A stretch of 64,000 bases of DNA from an uncultured Rickettsiales bacterium (GTDB taxonomy: Bacteria; Pseudomonadota; Alphaproteobacteria; Rickettsiales; UBA1997). Positions 48,334-58,900 of this stretch are shown here, piece after piece. Each line of letters opens with the position of its first letter. Position 1 is the stretch's first letter. The position numbers and the translations under genes are program-made. Below the pieces are notes generated by a model. It did not search any database. It was not told the origin of the DNA and saw only the letters and a list, made by a program, of their open reading frames with translations. The stretch covers positions 3,840 through 67,839 of the forward strand of contig CAJQHK010000002.1 in assembly GCA_905478165.1 (NCBI GenBank), in the 5' to 3' direction.

Positions 48334-49302
48334 ATGAATAGAGAATCAGTAAAAAAAGAGTTTTTAGATAATTATTTTGGGCCATCATCCTATAAAACAA
48401 GCTCCATCCCAAGAGACTGCTCACCTAGATCCTATGACAGAATATCTAGTGATAATAAAAATTTTATTTTAATGGACGCCCCTATCGATACAATAGATAT
48501 TGAGCCATTCATTATAATCGACTCCATCCTGCGTAATAATAATTTTTCTGCACCAGAAATATATAAGGTAGATAAAAAAAATGGACTCCTGCTGTCGGAG
48601 GATTTTGGCAATAATAGTTTTAATCACATATTATCACACCTAAAGGGCAAGAATTTAAACCTAAAAGAAGAGGCAATTTATCAATGCACGACTGATTTAT
48701 TGATAGAGTTGCATAAAATAAACTTATCTTGCGTCGATTTGCCAGAATATAATAACAAATTACTACTAAAAGAATTGGAAGTATTTGTCGATTATTATCT
48801 AAAATTCATTGAGCACAGAAACCTATCAAAAAAAGAAAGACAAGAATTTGAAGAAATATGGTTAGAATTATTTCAAAAACTATCAAATGATAAATTTTTA
48901 GTGCTCAGAGATTACCATGCTGACAATCTATTTTTCTTAGAAAAAAGATGTTCTTACAAAAGAATTGGCCTCATTGATTTTCAAGATGCAGTTTTGGGCT
49001 CTAGAGCCTACGACCTAGTGTCACTCCTGCAGGATGCCAGAAGGGATGTGTCAAAAAATTTAGAACAAAATATGATTAATCATTATATAAGGAGCGCCAA
49101 TATAGATTCTGTATCATTTGTGACGGATTACAAAATTTTGTCTCTACAAAGAAACGTTAAAATATTGGGCGTCTTCGCGAAGCAGGGGTTTTTATATAGA
49201 AACAAAAGATATCTTGATTTAATGCCAAGAGTATTGCAGTATGTACTAAGAAGTTTAGAAGAGAAAAATTTTAACAATCTTAAATTACTATTAAAATGGT
49301 GA
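48334..49302 (+). CDS. aminoglycoside-phosphotransferase-fold kinase, AmgK-like (anomeric MurNAc/GlcNAc kinase?)
   Basis: 322 aa. Catalytic loop LRDYHADNLFF and DFQDAVLGSRAYDLVSLLQDAR. Confidence 0.6.
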   Translation: MNRESVKKEFLDNYFGPSSYKTSSIPRDCSPRSYDRISSDNKNFILMDAPIDTIDIEPFIIIDSILRNNNFSAPEIYKVDKKNGLLLSEDFGNNSFNHILSHLKGKNLNLKEEAIYQCTTDLLIELHKINLSCVDLPEYNNKLLLKELEVFVDYYLKFIEHRNLSKKERQEFEEIWLELFQKLSNDKFLVLRDYHADNLFFLEKRCSYKRIGLIDFQDAVLGSRAYDLVSLLQDARRDVSKNLEQNMINHYIRSANIDSVSFVTDYKILSLQRNVKILGVFAKQGFLYRNKRYLDLMPRVLQYVLRSLEEKNFNNLKLLLKW

Positions 49303-49790
49303 GAGATTTTAACGACCCAAATTCACTATATAACAGCAATATACTGAATCAAATAGCCTCTGAATTAAAAAAAGAGAGGCAGGATATAGAAGAGTTGTCC
49401 GTCATATTGCACGATCTAAACGAATCTTTCCAAGACTCTTCTAAGTCAGATATATCAAACCCTGTCAAACTAACGTTAAAATTAAAAAAACTAAATTCAA
49501 ATTATAGAGAAATATTCTTTAATTTAATTAACATAGCCATCAATGATTCAAAAAATGGCTCTTTTATCACCTTAGATTACAGCAAGATCTACTATTTTGC
49601 GAACCTAAGACAAGTCAAAGCTCTTAATCTTATATATAAAAATATTCTTAACTCTAGAGATGGTGGTGGAGAATTTACTGAGAAAGAATTTAAAAATTTT
49701 ATTACGAAATGCTCCAATATAGTAAATGAAATTGTGTCAAAAATTATTATTAGGCCAGACACCCACCTAATAATCAGAAAACCAAAGTAA
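49296..49790 (+). CDS. hypothetical protein
   Basis: 164 aa. Its start overlaps the upstream stop (ATGGTGA). No recognisable motif. Confidence 0.4.
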   Translation: MVRDFNDPNSLYNSNILNQIASELKKERQDIEELSVILHDLNESFQDSSKSDISNPVKLTLKLKKLNSNYREIFFNLINIAINDSKNGSFITLDYSKIYYFANLRQVKALNLIYKNILNSRDGGGEFTEKEFKNFITKCSNIVNEIVSKIIIRPDTHLIIRKPK

Positions 49791-50035
49791 CAGCCAATAA
49801 TAACCTGAGTATTTTTTAAATATTTCCTCTTTTAGACTTTGTTTTTAGTCGAAGTCGTATTTAAGCTACTTCAAGATTAAAAATGAAGTCTAAAAGGAAA
49901 AAGATAGGGAAAATATTTAGGTTATTGATGACCATTGTCTAAGATCAATAGATACCCAGTACGTGTAAATTCATAATTAGCCATTTACGATTTTATATTT
50001 TTACTTACAAAGATCTCTAACCTAGGCGAACAACA

Positions 50036-51265
50036 TTAAACGGACATTAGGTAATCAATTATCTTTTTTATAAAATTATTTTTAACCTCAAAATCTGTCT
50101 TTATCTCCTTCTTCATTACTTGTTTTAAAAAAGTAATCATACCTAGGGCAACAGAGAATGAGGGGTTGTTCAAGTCTTCTTGAAGGTTTTTAATTCCAAC
50201 GGGGTTGCCAATAGTAACATTCTTGCCAAAAATATTTTTAACTAATTTTTCGATACCAATCATGTTAGAGACACCTCCAGATAAAATAATATTGTGAATT
50301 GAGTATGAAGAATATCCAGACTTTTCTAAGTCATCTTTGATCATATAAATAATTTCCTCCAATCTTGCTGCCATAATATTCTTTAGCTCAATCTTGGTTA
50401 ATTGAATTAACTTGTCAGGATACTCCTCACCATTGTCGAATTTAAAATTAACCAACTCTTTCTCTTTTATCGGACTAATGATCAATGAGCTATTTAGCAG
50501 CTTAATGCTCTCGGCAATATTTAAATTAACATTTAATATTGACGCTATATCTCTAGTAATGTGCATTCCACCCAGCCTGCAATTGCCGATGTGATGTAAC
50601 TTGTTGTCAACAATAATCGCAAATGAAGTTGAGCCTCCTCCAATGTCAATGACTAAAGTACCAAAATTTAACTCATTCTTGCTCATCACACCAAGTGAAG
50701 CGGCGTAAGCATCAGAAATATAGTTATTAACGCAGATTGTAGAAAGCCTCATACAATTCTCTATGTTTTTAATAATACTATTTTGAGCTGATATAATATA
50801 AAATTTAGCAGATAGGTGGTCACCAGACATATATCTTGGGTTTAAAACCTTAGTGACGTGATCTATCTTGTACTCCAAAGGAATTAGGTGAATAATCTCC
50901 CTCTTATCGCTTTTAAAATCTGATTTAATATCAAAAACTAAGGATGTTATGTCAGAGTTATTGACAATCTTTGACGATATTTTGTTACTAACTAATTTTG
51001 TGACAACATCTAGTCTAAAGCCAGAAACATTTACCGCTAATTTACTTATATTAAAGCCGGCCATTTTTTCTGCATCAGAAATGGTTTTAGTAATAGCGAG
51101 TTGAGCTAGCTTCATGTCAGTTATGGCGGAAGAAAATATCCCAACAGACTTTCTATAGCCATAGCCAACGACTCTAATATTTTTATCAGAAATTTCGGCA
51201 ATAATACATACCAACTTGGTAGTTCCTATATCTAAGGCTGCAACTATTTTGCCTTTAATAGACAT
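50036..51265 (-). CDS. ftsA: cell division protein FtsA
   Basis: 409 aa. Actin-fold phosphate motifs ALDIGTTK and VIDIGGGST. Confidence 0.93.
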   Translation of the reverse strand: MSIKGKIVAALDIGTTKLVCIIAEISDKNIRVVGYGYRKSVGIFSSAITDMKLAQLAITKTISDAEKMAGFNISKLAVNVSGFRLDVVTKLVSNKISSKIVNNSDITSLVFDIKSDFKSDKREIIHLIPLEYKIDHVTKVLNPRYMSGDHLSAKFYIISAQNSIIKNIENCMRLSTICVNNYISDAYAASLGVMSKNELNFGTLVIDIGGGSTSFAIIVDNKLHHIGNCRLGGMHITRDIASILNVNLNIAESIKLLNSSLIISPIKEKELVNFKFDNGEEYPDKLIQLTKIELKNIMAARLEEIIYMIKDDLEKSGYSSYSIHNIILSGGVSNMIGIEKLVKNIFGKNVTIGNPVGIKNLQEDLNNPSFSVALGMITFLKQVMKKEIKTDFEVKNNFIKKIIDYLMSV

Positions 51266-51484
51266 GATTAATTAAAAGGAAGTTAGAAGATCACTAAGAA
51301 CGCAAAAAAACAAAAGTAACTAAAAAATTATTTAATTGCAAGCTTGATGTTAAATACTGCAATATAATTTCGGCTTAAATAAAAACTTGAAAATTGTTAA
51401 TAATTATTTGATAATTAAACTTAATATCAAATCTAATTTAAAGATAAGAAACTTTAACAAGATATTTTTTAACAAAAAAATACA

Positions 51485-52030
51485 ATGAACAAAAAAAATA
51501 CGCCATTAATGCCAAAAGCTACGTCTATTTGGTTAATAGATAATACGTCCTTAACGTTTAAGCAAATTTCTGAATTTTGCGATATGCACATCCTGGAAAT
51601 TCAAGCAATTGCTGACGGAAATATTGCCTCAAACATCCTGCCTCAAAGCCCGATATCATCAGGTCAATTGACAAAGGAAATTATTACGAAATGTGAAGAA
51701 AATCCGGACCTAAAAATTACAATCAACGAAAAGGCAATAATTGAAGCAAAAATTAAGGGTAAAAAAACTAGATATATTCCTATCGCCAGAAGAGGGGATA
51801 AGCCAGATGCAATCATGTATATCACTAAAAATTACCCAGATATCGACAAAAACAAAGTAAAAAAACTTATTGGAACAACCTCCAATATGATAGATTCAAT
51901 TACCAACAAAACATATTGGAACTATAAGGAGTTAAAGCCAAGAGACCCTGTTTTGCTAGGTCTTTGCAGTCAATCAGATTTTAATAAATTATTGGAAGAA
52001 TCTGGAGTTAAAACAGATCAATCAAACTAA
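51485..52030 (+). CDS. DUF1013 protein (alphaproteobacterial TrcR-like)
   Basis: 181 aa. The N-terminus PLMPKATSIWLIDNTSLTFKQISEFCDMHILEIQAIADG is strongly DUF1013-like. Confidence 0.8.
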   Translation: MNKKNTPLMPKATSIWLIDNTSLTFKQISEFCDMHILEIQAIADGNIASNILPQSPISSGQLTKEIITKCEENPDLKITINEKAIIEAKIKGKKTRYIPIARRGDKPDAIMYITKNYPDIDKNKVKKLIGTTSNMIDSITNKTYWNYKELKPRDPVLLGLCSQSDFNKLLEESGVKTDQSN

Positions 52031-52032
52031 TT

Positions 52033-52497
52033 ATGTCTATAGAAGTTGGTAGTGTTGCACCTTGGGTTACGTCATATTGTGAAGATGGTACTAAAATTGA
52101 ACTTAGTGAATTAAGAGGTCAGAATGTAGTTCTTTATTTTTATCCAAAAGACGACACTCCAGGTTGCACTATTGAAGCGCAAGATTTTACAAAATATCTG
52201 CCAGAACTTGAAAAATTAAAAACAATAATTCTGGGGGTCTCAAAAGATTCTAAAGCCAGTCACTGTAAATTTATTGAAAAATACAATATTGGCTTTAACT
52301 TAATCGCAGATGAAGATAAAAAACTGTGCGAAACCTACGAAGTTTTGAAAGAAAAGTCAATGTTTGGTAAAAAATATCAAGGTATTGAGAGAAGCACTTT
52401 CTTAATTGATGACAACGGAAATATTATAAAAATATGGAGAAATGTTAAAGTTAAAAATCACGCTGAAGAGGTTATTAAAACTATCAAAATCACATAA
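52033..52497 (+). CDS. bcp: thioredoxin-dependent peroxiredoxin Bcp
   Basis: 154 aa. Block YFYPKDDTPGCTIEA. Confidence 0.92.
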   Translation: MSIEVGSVAPWVTSYCEDGTKIELSELRGQNVVLYFYPKDDTPGCTIEAQDFTKYLPELEKLKTIILGVSKDSKASHCKFIEKYNIGFNLIADEDKKLCETYEVLKEKSMFGKKYQGIERSTFLIDDNGNIIKIWRNVKVKNHAEEVIKTIKIT

Positions 52498-53565
52498 TTG
52501 ACAAACCGCACTCCTGAAAACATTAATATTGGTATTTTTGGTGGAGGCCAACTTGGTGACATGCTTTCTCGTGCAGCTCAAAACCTTGGATATAAAACAA
52601 CGATATTTACCAATGACAAAAACTCTCCTGCCATCAAGAACTCAACCAACTACATTCTGTCAAGTTATCAAGATAAAAAAAATCTCTTAAAGTTTGCGGA
52701 AGAGGTTGATGTTGCAACGTTGGAGTTTGAGAATATTCCGTCAGAATCCATAGATTTTATTGAAAAGCATTGTCCAATCTTCCCAAATAGTAGGGTTCTG
52801 AGTATAGCTAAGGATCGACTTTTAGAGAAATCATTTATGGCAAAAAATAATATTAAAACTACCAGATTCTCCTCCGTCAATAATCAAGATAATTTTTTAG
52901 AACAATTGCAAAAATTTAATTATCAAGCAATTTTAAAAACCAACCAAATGGGCTATGATGGTCGAGGTCAATATCTAATTAAAGATCGTAACTACCTACC
53001 AGAAATTAATTTTTATAAAGAAAAATATATTTTAGAGGAATTTGTGCCCTTTGAAAAAGAAATTTCAGTGATGATTGTTCGTGACCAATTAGGGGTGACT
53101 TCTTGTTATGATCCGTTAGAAAATAAACATAAAAACGGAATTCTTGACACCAGCTCCTACCCTGCCATTATAAGTGATAAAACAAGAAATAATGCCAAAA
53201 TTATTGCCCAAAAAATTATTGAAAACCTAGATATGGTTGGACTACTTGGAGTTGAATTTTTTGTACTTAAGGGTGGTGAGTTGTTAGTTAATGAGATAGC
53301 GCCAAGGCCTCATAACTCTGGTCATTTTTCAATGGATGGAGCAGAAACTTGTCAATTTGAACAATTAATTAGAGTTATCTGTAAATTACCACTTGGAAAT
53401 GTAGATTTTAATAAAAAAGGATATATGAAAAATCTTGTGGGTGATGATGTATTAAAAATAGACAAATTAACCAACGGACAATCATACAAAACTTATCTAT
53501 ACAATAAGAAGGAAATAAAACCAGGTAGAAAAATGGGGCACATCAACTTTATCAATAATGACTAA
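52498..53565 (+). CDS. purK: N5-carboxyaminoimidazole ribonucleotide synthase
   Basis: 355 aa with a TTG start. ATP-grasp blocks (GYDGRGQ, EIAPRPHNSGH). Confidence 0.92.
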   Translation: MTNRTPENINIGIFGGGQLGDMLSRAAQNLGYKTTIFTNDKNSPAIKNSTNYILSSYQDKKNLLKFAEEVDVATLEFENIPSESIDFIEKHCPIFPNSRVLSIAKDRLLEKSFMAKNNIKTTRFSSVNNQDNFLEQLQKFNYQAILKTNQMGYDGRGQYLIKDRNYLPEINFYKEKYILEEFVPFEKEISVMIVRDQLGVTSCYDPLENKHKNGILDTSSYPAIISDKTRNNAKIIAQKIIENLDMVGLLGVEFFVLKGGELLVNEIAPRPHNSGHFSMDGAETCQFEQLIRVICKLPLGNVDFNKKGYMKNLVGDDVLKIDKLTNGQSYKTYLYNKKEIKPGRKMGHINFINND

Positions 53566-54454
53566 GCTAGAATATATGAATCAAAAAGATGGTTTTCTTG
53601 GAATTAAAGAAAATTATCTAAAAAAGGCTGAAGATGCAAAAGTTATAGTAATTCCGTTTGGCATGGAATCTTCTTCAAAGTTTAATACAGGAACTAGAAC
53701 GGGACCAAGGGCAATAATTAGAGCCTCTCATCAATTAGAATTATTTGACGAAGAGTATGATGTTGAAAGTTATAGAGATATTGGGATAAGAACGCTAGCC
53801 GAACATAGAATTGATTATAATACCGCAAGCGCCTTAAGCGATCTTGAGAGCATGGTGGAAAAGGTGATAGCAAAAAACAAAATTCCACTAATATTAGGGG
53901 GAGAGCAAACCTTAACCTCTGGAGCTATCAAGCCATTCATAAAAAAATACGAAGATCTTGCAATATTACATTTTGATTCCCACACCAACCTAAAAAATCC
54001 AGATTCAGAAGGTGGATACTCCGCCCTCTCTTCAATTAGAAAAATTACAGAAAATAAAATTTCTAAAATTATATCTTGCGGTATCAGAAGTATGTCAAAA
54101 GAAGACAAGGAGTTTATTGATCAAAATCAAGATATCTTTGAAATATATTATGCCAAAGATATGGATAGGTGGGATAAGAGGGAAATAACGTCAAGCCTTA
54201 AGGGAAAAAAGGTTTACTTAACATTTGACCTTTCGGGATTTGACTCAAGCGTTATGCCGGCAACTGGAATGCCAGAGCCAAATGGATTTTTCTGGCCAGA
54301 TGTCATGAGAATTATAAAACAAGCAGCTAAAATTAGTGATATAGTTGGGATTGATATAGTTGAATTGGCGCCAATTTCATATTTACATTCCTGTGATATT
54401 TTGGCCGCTAAATTGGGGTATAAAATTTTAAGCCACATTTTCAATCAAAAATAA
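53558..54454 (+). CDS. speB: agmatinase / arginase-family ureohydrolase
   Basis: 298 aa. Mn ligands HFDSHTN and DLSGFD; also DIVELAP. Confidence 0.85.
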   Translation: MTKLEYMNQKDGFLGIKENYLKKAEDAKVIVIPFGMESSSKFNTGTRTGPRAIIRASHQLELFDEEYDVESYRDIGIRTLAEHRIDYNTASALSDLESMVEKVIAKNKIPLILGGEQTLTSGAIKPFIKKYEDLAILHFDSHTNLKNPDSEGGYSALSSIRKITENKISKIISCGIRSMSKEDKEFIDQNQDIFEIYYAKDMDRWDKREITSSLKGKKVYLTFDLSGFDSSVMPATGMPEPNGFFWPDVMRIIKQAAKISDIVGIDIVELAPISYLHSCDILAAKLGYKILSHIFNQK

Positions 54455-54500
54455 AGCTCCTACATTAGGACCGCCTTTTTCAAGAATTCACACCCTATCA

Positions 54501-55073
54501 ATGTACATAATATCTGGAAAATATAGAGGAAAAAAACTATTAGAACCAGAAAGATCAGATAAATTACGACCAACTAGTAATAAAAATCTTAAAAATATCA
54601 TAAATATCTTATATTCAGGTGGTTTATTAGAAAGTTTAGACATAAAAATTGCAGAAATTAAATTGCTAGACTTGTTTGCTGGAACTGGAATTTTTAGCTT
54701 TGAAAATTTATCTCAAAACATCTCATCTACAACATTAGTTGACATCAATCAGAAAAATTTGAATATAATTAGAAGAAACTCTAAACTAATCGGCGAAGAG
54801 GGTAATATCCATACAATAAAATGTGATTTAAAAAATGGACTTCCCAAATTAAAACAAAAATACAATTTGATCTTCATTGACCCTCCATACAACAAAAACT
54901 TCACAGAAAAAATTTTTTTAGATTTAGAAAATCTTAATTATCTTGAAAAAAAACACCTAATCATTGTAGAGAGCTCTAAAAAAGAAGAGTTAAAGTTTAA
55001 TCGCTATAAGTTTAAAATTCTTAAAGAAAGGGTTTACGGCAATAGTAGATTTGGTTTTCTTACAAAATCATAA
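54501..55073 (+). CDS. rsmD: 16S rRNA (guanine966-N2)-methyltransferase
   Basis: 190 aa. Blocks DLFAGTG and DPPY. Confidence 0.88.
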   Translation: MYIISGKYRGKKLLEPERSDKLRPTSNKNLKNIINILYSGGLLESLDIKIAEIKLLDLFAGTGIFSFENLSQNISSTTLVDINQKNLNIIRRNSKLIGEEGNIHTIKCDLKNGLPKLKQKYNLIFIDPPYNKNFTEKIFLDLENLNYLEKKHLIIVESSKKEELKFNRYKFKILKERVYGNSRFGFLTKS

Positions 55074-55172
55074 TAGTTTATAAAAAGGCAATCTTTGTAT
55101 GTATAAAAATCTTTTTTATAGATAAGTTGTTTACTTTTTTCTTCATTTTTTTAATATTGTACCATTTGCTAT

Positions 55173-55262
55173 TTATAATGCAGTATATATCAATATATTT
55201 TAAGGTTAAAATTGTTAAAAAACTACTGTCTTTTGTTAGTAGGGTATGAGGCTTTTTGGTAA
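55173..55262 (-). repeat. Intergenic repeat family 1, copy C (points away from hisG, toward the rsmD 3' end)
   Basis: Minus-strand reading is AAAAAGCCTCATACCCTACTAACAAAAGACAGTAGTTTTTTAACAATTTTAACCTTAAAATATATTGATATATACTGCATTATAA. It is homologous to copy D throughout. Confidence 0.6.
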
Positions 55263-55329
55263 TCAAAAACTTAAAAGATGAAGTTAGGTCATGCTATCAC
55301 TTAATGTCTAAATATAAAATAAAAATGTA

Positions 55330-55980
55330 ATGAGCAAAGAATTAATATTGGCAATTCCAAAGGGCCGAATATTGAAAGACTTATCTAAGATATTAGATCG
55401 CTCTGATATTAAAATTGAAGATGATTTTTTTGATGAAAATTCTCGTAAATTACTTTTCTCTTCTAACATAGGCAATCTTAAGGTTATTAAAATTAGAAGC
55501 TTTGATATCGCTAATTTTGTTAGACTAGGTGCTGCAGATATTGCAATCTGTGGTCACGATGTTTTAGAAGAGTTTTCGTCAGATCAAATTTACCCTTTAT
55601 TAGACTTAAACATTGGCAAATGTCGCTTGTCAATTGCGGCTAACAATTCTAGCAAGAAGGATTTTCGTAATGAAAGTCATGTTAGAATAGCGACTAAATA
55701 TGTTAACATATCAACCAAATATTTCTCTAATTTAGGAATTCAGGCCGAAGCAATTAAACTAAATGGTGCTATGGAACTGGCACCAAGATTAGACTTGTCT
55801 GACTATATCGTAGATTTAGTCGATAGTGGCAGAACATTAAAAGAAAATAATTTAGTCGAGATAGAAAAAATAATGGACGTCAGTTCTTATTTGATAGCTA
55901 ATGTAAACTCCTTTAAGACAAAAAAGAATGAAATCAGCAATATTATTGAAATATTAAAAAATATTAATGTCACTAATTAG
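55330..55980 (+). CDS. hisG: ATP phosphoribosyltransferase, short (HisZ-dependent) form
   Basis: 216 aa. N-terminal LAIPKGRILKD and the PRPP-binding block DLVDSGRTLKEN. Confidence 0.9.
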   Translation: MSKELILAIPKGRILKDLSKILDRSDIKIEDDFFDENSRKLLFSSNIGNLKVIKIRSFDIANFVRLGAADIAICGHDVLEEFSSDQIYPLLDLNIGKCRLSIAANNSSKKDFRNESHVRIATKYVNISTKYFSNLGIQAEAIKLNGAMELAPRLDLSDYIVDLVDSGRTLKENNLVEIEKIMDVSSYLIANVNSFKTKKNEISNIIEILKNINVTN

Positions 55981-58900
55981 CAAAATTCAGTATTTTGCAA
56001 GTTTTGCAACCAAGATTCTATTTTTTGCGATAATCATTGTCTCTTTAAACTCTTGCGACCCCTCTAACACTGAAACTGGCGCCATTAGTTTAGAAGAGCT
56101 GCAAAAATTCGACCCAATTGATAAAGGAATTAGATATCCGTTTGAAGGTGTTTCTGATGAAGATTTTGATCAAGATGGATACGAGAATGAAGAAGGTGAC
56201 CGAAATATAAAATGGGGTCGAAAAAGTTCTGATTGGCACCATGCCTGTGCTTCTGAAGAAATTCAATATAGTCTTTCTGGAGATATAATGGGAGCTATCC
56301 CCTTTGAACTAAAAATGGGAGTCTTTTTTGTTAATGCAGCCTTAAGTGCCATTAACCACGAGGGTTTCGACCCAATCACGGCTGTAACAGATCTAATGGG
56401 TCTTGATGGAGCTTTTACTGATCATTATTGGGACATGTGGAATCCTTCATGCTCTGTTATTGCAGCTGTTCAAGGAGTTGCTTTGTTAGCCGCTAATGAG
56501 GCCGCTACTTTGGCTTGCGATTCTTCGCCAGCTTCTGGACCTTCAAGTAAATTCAAGAAACTTAAAAAAGCCGCTATATACACAACTAAATTATCTGCAA
56601 AAATTGCATCATCAGCTGGTGGAGTAGGGCTAAAAAATATCCGGGATGCATATATTCTTGGTCATAAGTGCTTTGCTGCCCAAGGTTGGGCCGCTAGTAT
56701 GGCTGCTTCTGCCGCACTTGTTTGTGGCGGCGGTTTTGCAACTGGGGGGTGCGCCCCTAGTCTTGCCGCATCGTCTAAGGCGCAAACTTCTGCAATCCTA
56801 TGCTGCAGTGCTTCTGCCGCTTATGTTGCAGTTTTAACTATAGCACTAAATACAATTAAGATAAAATATGCTGCTGCCAGAAGGCATCAAAAGAAAGTTG
56901 TTGTCTGTGGTCATGATTGGTATGGATGGAAAGATAAAAAATACACCAAAAAAGGTGATAAAATATCCACGGAAGTAAGAGGGGATTACCACTCAAATAT
57001 CAGCTCCTCCACCGAAGATAATGTAAAATTCTACTCTTATCACAAGGTTTTGTTGGAAATGAACGCTAAAAATACATTAATTAGGAAAATTGAAAACCAA
57101 CCATATAGAGAATATGTTTACGGTGGTCGCGAGATAGCAGACCCAACAGACTCTGATGATGGTGGCTGTTTAATGCCGGACATTGATAAAGATAAATTGA
57201 AGAAGTTGTTTGGCTATTATGATACAAATAATGTCGCTGGCAAAGAAGAGATCAGACAAAGATACTATTTTAAAGGTTCCAACACAGAGCCTAATTTTGC
57301 TTGCCAGAGATTTCAATTGAGTAAAAACAAAAAGTTTAGCGAGGAGGAGCGAGCAAAATTTCTTGAAGCCTATAATTGCTGCAACAACAGAGGTAAAAAC
57401 ATAATTTGCCTTGAATATCTTAATGATTATAGCGCACGATTTACAGAAGGTGGAACAAAATATGATGGCCTAGTGCAGCCATATATAAAACAAGAACCCC
57501 CAAATGACCCCTCTATCCTGTATAAGGTTGCTGAATTCGGATATAATTCTGCAGCAAAAGAGGCAAACAACCCAATTAGAAAAAATATAGACTTTTGCGA
57601 AGTTGGTAGTAGACAATGTTCTCTTGGTGGAGGTCTAGACATTCCTATTGCTTACGAAGCTTATGAACACCCTTTAAGTGATAAATATATTTGTGCCAGG
57701 AGTTATTCTGTCTGCCCCTATAATTTTACCGTTGGAACGGGAACTGCCATGGGAGGTTCTGACATAAATTTTGACATAGATCGCGAACTAGGCTCTACCA
57801 AAATATTCAACAGTATTATTAAACTTAATATATCTTTTTCAACCTCAAAAAGAGAGAAAAACCCCAATAATGACTATGATTGTCAGTACCTCAATCATTG
57901 CACTATTGTTCCTGGCAATTTAGAAGGTATAGAATATGGCATAGCACATAATGAAGATAATTATTTTATACCGAGCGCATGCTCAGACGGAAGAGGAGAC
58001 TCTCAAAACTATCATTTCCAAAATAACTTATTAAGCAAAAAACTTGGCACAAACTCTTTAACAGCTCCTTTGGCGCAATGTATTACCGAGAGCTTTAATA
58101 ACTTACTATTAAATCAATATGGCGAAGACTCGGTTGAAGGATCGTACTTAGAGGGTGACGTTAGGAATTTGCCATCATTTTTTAGCACAATACAAGGTAA
58201 CTTACAGGATATTTTAAGGGCAATTTTAATCTGCGCTTTAGCGCTAATGGGCTATAGAATCTTATTAGCCGGAGGTGTGGAGAAGAAAGAAATCATGGGC
58301 TTTATTATTAAGTTAGCTTTTGTTTTATATTTCGTTTCTGGTAGTGCTTGGAAGACTATTTTTTCTGAAGGCTTAATCGCTATTAGTACAGAATTATCTA
58401 CGGCTCTAATCGAGATCGACGGTGAGGATGTAGATATTTTTTTAAATAAAGAAGAGATTGATTTAGTGAAAAAAGCGATTAACGGCGGTGTAGATCTCAA
58501 TAAAGTTGAGTCTATAACAGATCTAGATATAGATATATATTTTGGTATCGATAAATTACAGGATGGCAAACTATTTAAACTAAAAAATAAACCAGAGAAC
58601 GGTTATTACTTCCAGAAGGAGGGTAACGACTCTATTTACAACATTTCAAGCAATAATATTTGCAAATTTCCAAGATATAATAAGATAGGTGATGCCGATA
58701 TTACTCCTTCTTACCCTGATGGTAAGGAGTATATAAAGATATTTGACACATTAGATTGCATGATATCTTACGCTCTTGGTATAAGCGCTCTCTCTAGTGG
58801 ATCAAGCTTCTTTTCGACTATAATGATGTCGCTTTTAAGCGGTTTTATTGGAATGTCTTTTGCAATAGCATCGTTATTTTTTGCCATCTCGCTGCTATCG

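Noticed and set aside
56646-56837. A 63-aa alternative-frame ORF inside the VirB6-like gene.
   Set aside because: It is produced by the local GC-rich Ala/Gly codon run, and it has no start context or independent support.
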